From positions 62,001 to 126,000 of the forward strand of contig VFJJ01000051.1 in the NCBI GenBank assembly GCA_009886115.1: a stretch of 64,000 bases of DNA, given 5' to 3'. Positions within the stretch are counted from its first letter, which is position 1. The number at the start of each line of letters is the position of its first letter. This document shows, piece by piece, positions 56,233 through 64,000 of this stretch. The notes beneath the pieces were generated by a model. It did no database searches. It was not told the origin of the DNA and saw only the letters and a list, made by a program, of their open reading frames with translations. The DNA comes from Actinomycetota bacterium. GTDB taxonomy: Bacteria > Actinomycetota > Acidimicrobiia > IMCC26256 > VFJJ01. Made by a program: the position numbers and the translations under genes.

Positions 56233-57624
56233 TCAGGCGGCGGTGGTGCGGCCGGGTGGTGCGTCAGCGAGTTCGGCTAGCCATTGTCGGGTTTTCTCGG
56301 TGAGCCCGGGCGGGTGTTCGGGTGGTAGATATTCGCGTCCGTCTGGTCGAATCACCGTGACTTTGTCGGCGTGAGCATTGAACATGATCTGCCATCGTCC
56401 TTCATGAGCGAGATGGTGATGATGCCAACAGAGATTCAGAAGATTCTCTGGCTCGGTCAGGCCGAGATTGGCCCAATGGGCGACATGGTGATGTTCGAGC
56501 CAGACGGTCCGGTCACATCCGGGCCATCGGCAACGATGCTGATCGCGATGATCGACGATCCGGGCCATCCACGGTGGGATCCGGCGTGACTCACGGCCGA
56601 TCCCGACGGTCAGGCCGGTCTGGTCGTCAGCGACGACCTGCCAACGACAATCACATGCGATTCGGCGCGCGGTTTCACCCGCGATCGCCCAACCAGCCCC
56701 CATCGTCGGCCCAACCAACGGTGCACCAGCCCGACCCCCACCGCGACCGCCGGCACCCGTAGCGCTTGCAGCCAGAACGCCAGCACCCGTGTCACCGGCT
56801 TCCGTGTCGCAGCCGTGCTCGTCGTGCTCGTCGTGGTCGTCGCGCTGGTCGTGCCCGCGGTGCTCGTTGCTGTGCTGGTTGGTGTGGGTGACGGGTGGTT
56901 CGTCGGCGAGTTGCTCGGCGGTGACGTGAACGATCACGAGGGGCCGGGCCGGGTTCTGCGCGGTGATCTGGGGATCACCGGCGCACAGGTTCACGAGCAC
57001 GTCAGCCATCCGCGCGGCTCGCGGTTCGGGTCCGCCTTCGGGCGTGTCCTCGGGGAGCACGGTCGGTCGGGGGAGGCTGTCGACGAGCCTGTTCAGGACG
57101 GTCTCGACGATCTCGGCCTGCTCACCAGCAAGTCGACCCCGGATCTGCAACGTCGAGTCCTTGCGACGCAGGAGTTGCACGAACCGGTCACGATGCTGAT
57201 CGAACGCTTCCTTCTCCGAGACCGGCCGCAACGCGCGGGCATGCATCACCGTTTGATTGCACGACCAGCCCGGCGCCGCTTCGGCCAGATCAGCCTCAGT
57301 CTCGGGAGTTGCGACCGCAGCCAGAAGCACGAGCTGGTCCCAAGAGATCCGACCTTCACGCCACGCATCCATCAACGCCGGGATCTCCTCAGCGCCCAGT
57401 GCGACGTCGACCTCTCGCCGCGCGGTGGCCAACGACAGGTTCAACCGGGCTGCGAGCCAGGACGCCACGGTCGGCATCCCGTCGTACAGGTGGCCTTTCC
57501 GTTCGTTGAACACCGCGATCACCTCGAGGTACTCGGAATGGATCGCGGTCATCAACGCCCGGAGCTGACCCAGCGTCTCCGCCAGATCATCCAACTCGCA
57601 ATCCCCGAACCGAGCCGTATCCAT
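56233..57624 (-). CDS. DUF222-HNH endonuclease protein (13E12 repeat-like), copy 2
   Basis: Collinear homolog of 45777-47069 (DCELDDLA, EGRISWDQLV, CDCRWQ, IGRESRR, CDRTVWLEHHHV, TAA*). Confidence 0.9.
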   Translation of the reverse strand: MDTARFGDCELDDLAETLGQLRALMTAIHSEYLEVIAVFNERKGHLYDGMPTVASWLAARLNLSLATARREVDVALGAEEIPALMDAWREGRISWDQLVLLAAVATPETEADLAEAAPGWSCNQTVMHARALRPVSEKEAFDQHRDRFVQLLRRKDSTLQIRGRLAGEQAEIVETVLNRLVDSLPRPTVLPEDTPEGGPEPRAARMADVLVNLCAGDPQITAQNPARPLVIVHVTAEQLADEPPVTHTNQHSNEHRGHDQRDDHDEHDEHGCDTEAGDTGAGVLAASATGAGGRGGGRAGAPLVGPTMGAGWAIAGETARRIACDCRWQVVADDQTGLTVGIGRESRRIPPWMARIVDHRDQHRCRWPGCDRTVWLEHHHVAHWANLGLTEPENLLNLCWHHHHLAHEGRWQIMFNAHADKVTVIRPDGREYLPPEHPPGLTEKTRQWLAELADAPPGRTTAA

Positions 57625-57631
57625 CACCGAC

Positions 57632-57653
57632 ATGATACCAGCTGGGTGTGACA
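57632..57653 (-). promoter_or_regulatory. PafBC/RecA-NDp-like leaderless promoter of HNH copy 2
   Basis: Minus strand TGTCAC-ACCCAGCTGG-TATCAT, 4 nt before GTG-ATG. Confidence 0.7.
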
Positions 57654-57845
57654 GTAACTCCTCGATATGAGCACCGGCTGAGATGTTCTTCACTCGATCA
57701 TATGGAAGACAGGGGACGGCAGTTTCGATCGAGCCTGACACACCTCTCCTGGCGTCCTGGTGAGCCTCACCCGACGGATCTGTACAGTCACACAACGCAC
57801 CGGAGTCGGGGCGGCGTCGACGGCAACGGAGCATGGCTGCGGTGC

Positions 57846-57875
57846 CTGAGCTCCACTGAGCTCCACTGAGCTCCA
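57846..57875. repeat. Tandem 10-mer (ctgagctcca x3) just upstream of SDR RBS
   Basis: Three exact copies. Confidence 0.9.
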
Positions 57876-57890
57876 CAAGGGAGCGCGAAC

Positions 57891-58664
57891 ATGTTGCAGG
57901 GTAAGACGATCGTGGTGTCGGGGGTTGGGGCGGGGTTGGGGACGGAGATCGCGACGACGATCTTGCGTGACGGTGGCAACGTCGTGATCGGCGCCCGAAC
58001 CGAGTCGACGTTGGCCGAGATCGCCAAGCAGCTCGACCCATCCGGCGCCCGGGTGGCGCACCGGGCGACTGACATCACCGTCGACGGTGACCCCGAAGCG
58101 CTGGTGGCCCTTGGGGTCGAGCGCTTCGGCGGGATCGACGGGCTGGTGAACGTGGCCGCGCTCGACCGGGTCATGGGCGGGATCGACGACACGTCGTGGG
58201 CCGACTGGGAGGCCACGACGAAGACCAACGTGCTGGGCTCGATGCGCATGACCATCGCCGCGGCGGCGGCCCTCAGGGCCCGCGGGGGCTCGATCGTGTT
58301 CATCGGCTCGCAGGCGTCGCTCTACCCGCGGATCATGCAGACGGCGTACGCCGCCACCAAGGGGGCCATGCTCGCAGCCGTGCCCAGCCTGGCCCTCGAG
58401 CTCGGCCAGTACAAGATCCGCGTCAACACGGTCGTGGCCACGTGGATGTGGGGCCCGGCCGTGGAGGGCTACGTGACGATGTCGGCCGAGCAGCGGGGCG
58501 TGCCCGTCGAGGTGGTCAAGGGCGAGATCGAGAGCTTCTTCCCCATGCGGGAGATCCCCCGCGACGACGACGTCGCCGATTGCGTGAGCTTCTTCCTGTC
58601 GGACCGGGCCCGGATGATCAGCGGTCAGATGCTGCTGGTGAACGGAGCCGAGTTCCCCCGCTGA
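57891..58664 (+). CDS. SDR oxidoreductase
   Basis: VSGVGAGLG, YAATKG, IRVNTV..WMWGP. Confidence 0.9.
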   Translation: MLQGKTIVVSGVGAGLGTEIATTILRDGGNVVIGARTESTLAEIAKQLDPSGARVAHRATDITVDGDPEALVALGVERFGGIDGLVNVAALDRVMGGIDDTSWADWEATTKTNVLGSMRMTIAAAAALRARGGSIVFIGSQASLYPRIMQTAYAATKGAMLAAVPSLALELGQYKIRVNTVVATWMWGPAVEGYVTMSAEQRGVPVEVVKGEIESFFPMREIPRDDDVADCVSFFLSDRARMISGQMLLVNGAEFPR

Positions 58665-58736
58665 GCTCGCCGAGCGCACCGACGGCGGCACCCAGTACCC
58701 GCCACACCGGCGCCAGCCGCGCCACGCGCACCAGAG

Positions 58737-60142
58737 TCATCCCGGCTCAAGCCCCGGCGAACGGGTCGCTACGAGGCCGCGCTGGCCGAGGCGGCGCGGC
58801 CCCGTCGCCAGGGGGATCGCCGCCGCGGTGGCGATCAAGCCGGCGATCGCCACGGCGACCATGGCCGAGTGGAACTCCGACACGGAGCCGCCCGGGGCCA
58901 CGTCTCCGATGAGCGCCACGCCCAGCGCGGCGCCGGCCGTCCCGCCGATGCGGATGACGGTCTGGATCACGCCCGCGGTGAGGCCCAGCTTCTCGATCGG
59001 CGCCGTTCGAGCCGCTGCGCTGTTCACCCCGGGGAACAAGATGGCGTTGGCCGCCCCCACCAGCAGGGCCACGCCGAACCAGAGCCCGAGGTCGCGATCG
59101 TCGCCGGCGGCGGCCCGCAACCACAAGAGCGCCACCGAGAACGCCAGCCCGGCCGGAACCATGAGCGCCCGATGGCCGTAGCGGTCCATCAGCCGACCGG
59201 CCGGGATGCCGACGACCGTCGACGCCAGGGTCATGGGAGTGAGGAGCAGCCCGGCCCGGCCGATCGAATAGCCCCAGCCCTTGGTGAGGAACTGCACGAA
59301 CACGTAGAACGCCCCCCAGTAGGCAACCCCGACCGCCGCCGCGGCCACGGCATCGGCCCGGAACAACGGCGCCCTGAACACCGAGAGGTCGATGACGGGC
59401 GTGGGATGGCGGGTGCAACGCCAGACCAGCACCGCCAGCAAGACGGCCGACGCAACGAACGCCCCCATGGTGCGGGTGCCCGTCCAGCCCCAGTCGTTCG
59501 ACTGGACGATGCCCAGGGCCAGCGTGGCCACGCCGACCATGATGAGCAGCGCCCCCAAGGGATCGGGGATGCGGGCGTCGGTCCCGACGGGCGACGGCTC
59601 GAGGAGGCGACGGGCGAGCACGAAGCACACCAACCCGACCGGGGTGATCAGGGCGAAGGCCCAACGCCACGAACCGGCGGAGATCACCAGCGCCCCGAGC
59701 GTCGGCGCTGCCGAAGCCACCGCGCTCGTGACCACCGCCCACACGCCCACGGCCGTCGCCCGACGTTCCGGGGGGAGGTTGCCCATGATGATCGCCAGCG
59801 CCGACGGGGTGAGCATGGCCCCGCCGCAGGCCTGCACGATCCGAGCCGCGATCAACAGGGGAACGCTGGGTGCGACGGCAACGAGGAGCGAACCCGTGCT
59901 GAACAAGGTGATCGAGACCAGGAAGACCTTCCGGCGACCGATGCGGTCGGCCAGTCGGCCCGCGGGGATCAACAGCGAAGCGGCGACGATCGTGAACGAC
60001 GTGAGCACCCACGAGAGCTGGGCGTTGGGCACGTCGGGGAAGCTGGCCCTGATCTCGGGATAGGCGACGAACATCAACGTGAGGTCGAAGGCGCTCATCC
60101 CCGAGGCCGCCGAGACGACAACCAGGATCTTGGTCTCGCGCT

Positions 60143-60146
<4 letters not shown>
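58737..60146 (-). CDS. MFS transporter (DHA2/EmrB-like)
   Basis: GRLADRIGRRK, WRWAF; paralog of 22797-24224. Confidence 0.9.
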
Positions 60147-62946
<2,800 letters not shown>

Positions 62947-62993
62947 CCCGATTCCAGCACCTGGCGATCGGGCCCTACCCTGGCGATAGGGCC

Positions 62994-64000
62994 CTATTCG
63001 AGCGGTGACCAACGCCGGTCGGGGTAGAGGGCGCAGGCCGGGGCGTGGAGCCATTCGAGCCGGTACGCCCGGCGGGCGAGGTACGGGAGCAGCGTCTCGT
63101 CGGGCAACGTCCGGGCCGTGATGGCGGCGTCGAGCGCGGCGAACCCGTCGGTCACGGTGGCCGGGGTCGCGCCGAGCACCCCGCCCATCTCGTCGCGCTC
63201 GATGGCCTCGATCGCTGCGCCGTAGCGGCGGCGACGGTCGATGCAGGCCACGAGGATCCCCACGTCGCCGGCACGGGCCCGGGCGAAGGCGTCGCCGATC
63301 GCCGGCGCCACGTCGTGGTCGAGCGCATAGCGAGCGGCCTCGGACAGGATGTCGCGCTCACCCGAGTCGGCCGACGGCATCTCGGGCCGCTCGACGGCGA
63401 TGCCCATCGACTCGGCCATCGACTCAGCAGACGCCCGGTCGCCCACGTAGCGGTAGGCGAGATACCAGGCGATCGACTCGCGGGGATGGGCGTTCTGGGT
63501 CACGTAGTGGATGGGGATCATGCCCCGCACGTTCTGCTGCACCCGGTAGTAGCGGGCGGCCTCGAACGACACCGGTATCCCCGAAGCCTTCTCGTACAAG
63601 GGGAACAGCCCCCGAAGTCCTCCGGACGGGTTCCAGAACTCGCGAACGCAGATGTTGCCCAGGTCTTCCATCGGATCGCCGAGATGGCCCCACTCCCAGT
63701 CGATGACCGACGTGACCCGATCGCCCGCGAACATGAAATTCACGGGCCCGGTGTCGCCCTGCACCAACGAGACGCGGGCGATCTGTTGAGGCTGGAACCG
63801 CCCGAGCCAGTCGAGGCAGTACCCGAGCAGCGGCTCCTGGGAACGGTACCCGGCCACGAACGGGCCCCACTGGGCGAGGAGCAGGTCGAGCTCGCCGAAC
63901 GCGCACTCGGCGGCGGTGGTCGGCCGGGGCATGGGCGGCAGCGGGATCGAGTCGAGGTCGAGCGTGTGCATCTCGGCCACGACCTCCATGAAGTGCTCCA
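62994..64000 (-). CDS. APH-family phosphotransferase with C-terminal helical extension; 5' end beyond window
   Basis: QGDTGPVNF, IDWEWGHLGDPMED. Confidence 0.85.
   Translation of the reverse strand, partial: EHFMEVVAEMHTLDLDSIPLPPMPRPTTAAECAFGELDLLLAQWGPFVAGYRSQEPLLGYCLDWLGRFQPQQIARVSLVQGDTGPVNFMFAGDRVTSVIDWEWGHLGDPMEDLGNICVREFWNPSGGLRGLFPLYEKASGIPVSFEAARYYRVQQNVRGMIPIHYVTQNAHPRESIAWYLAYRYVGDRASAESMAESMGIAVERPEMPSADSGERDILSEAARYALDHDVAPAIGDAFARARAGDVGILVACIDRRRRYGAAIEAIERDEMGGVLGATPATVTDGFAALDAAITARTLPDETLLPYLARRAYRLEWLHAPACALYPDRRWSPLE

Noticed and set aside
45777..57653. Composite transposon bounded by the two HNH genes
   Set aside because: The copies are too diverged, no terminal inverted repeats or TSD were seen, and the intervening genes look like ordinary chromosomal genes.
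40581..57875. Short repeat runs as CRISPR arrays
   Set aside because: Units are 8-10 bp, directly tandem with no spacers, and there are no cas genes.
57886..57897. CGAACATGTTGC as a second SOS box
   Set aside because: The right half-site mismatches the GTTC core, and the site overlaps a metabolic SDR start codon.

Overview
High-GC actinobacterial chromosomal window; gene content and order suggest Acidimicrobiia, which is an inference. Positions 1-13.6 kb are a conserved minus-strand housekeeping block: rsmD-coaD-sepIVA-like-DUF177-rpmF-plsX-acp-rnc-mutM-smc-ftsY-ffh-rpsP-khpA. It has three oddities: PlsX carries a Lys/Ala-rich N-terminal extension, the ACP lacks the carrier serine, and a 71-nt structured intergenic element occurs twice. 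Positions 13.7-40.6 kb are mostly accessory catabolism: amidohydrolases, four crotonases, a MaoC-type double hot-dog protein, a CoA ligase, a DUF35 protein with an Ltp-type thiolase-fold partner, a CoxL-like Mo protein, SDRs, a two-domain DapA-like protein with no catalytic Lys, and an MFS transporter. This stretch also holds a VapBC pair, a GT2/epimerase pair and a perfect 47-bp palindrome. Positions 40.7-45.2 kb are a uvrD-like/ATP-dependent ligase operon preceded by a LexA-type box and a PafBC (RecA-NDp)-like promoter. Two diverged DUF222-HNH (13E12-like) genes share that promoter motif, and each has Ser/Thr kinase debris next to its 3' end. The rest encodes a fused Alg14/Alg13-type glycosyltransferase, an Eis-like GNAT, LLM, a lipoprotein, DM13, Uma2, Zn-ADH, SDR, MFS, amidohydrolase, GuaB1 and a partial phosphotransferase. 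No tRNA, rRNA, CRISPR array or DDE transposase was seen. All family calls come from reading motifs by eye; no database search was run.
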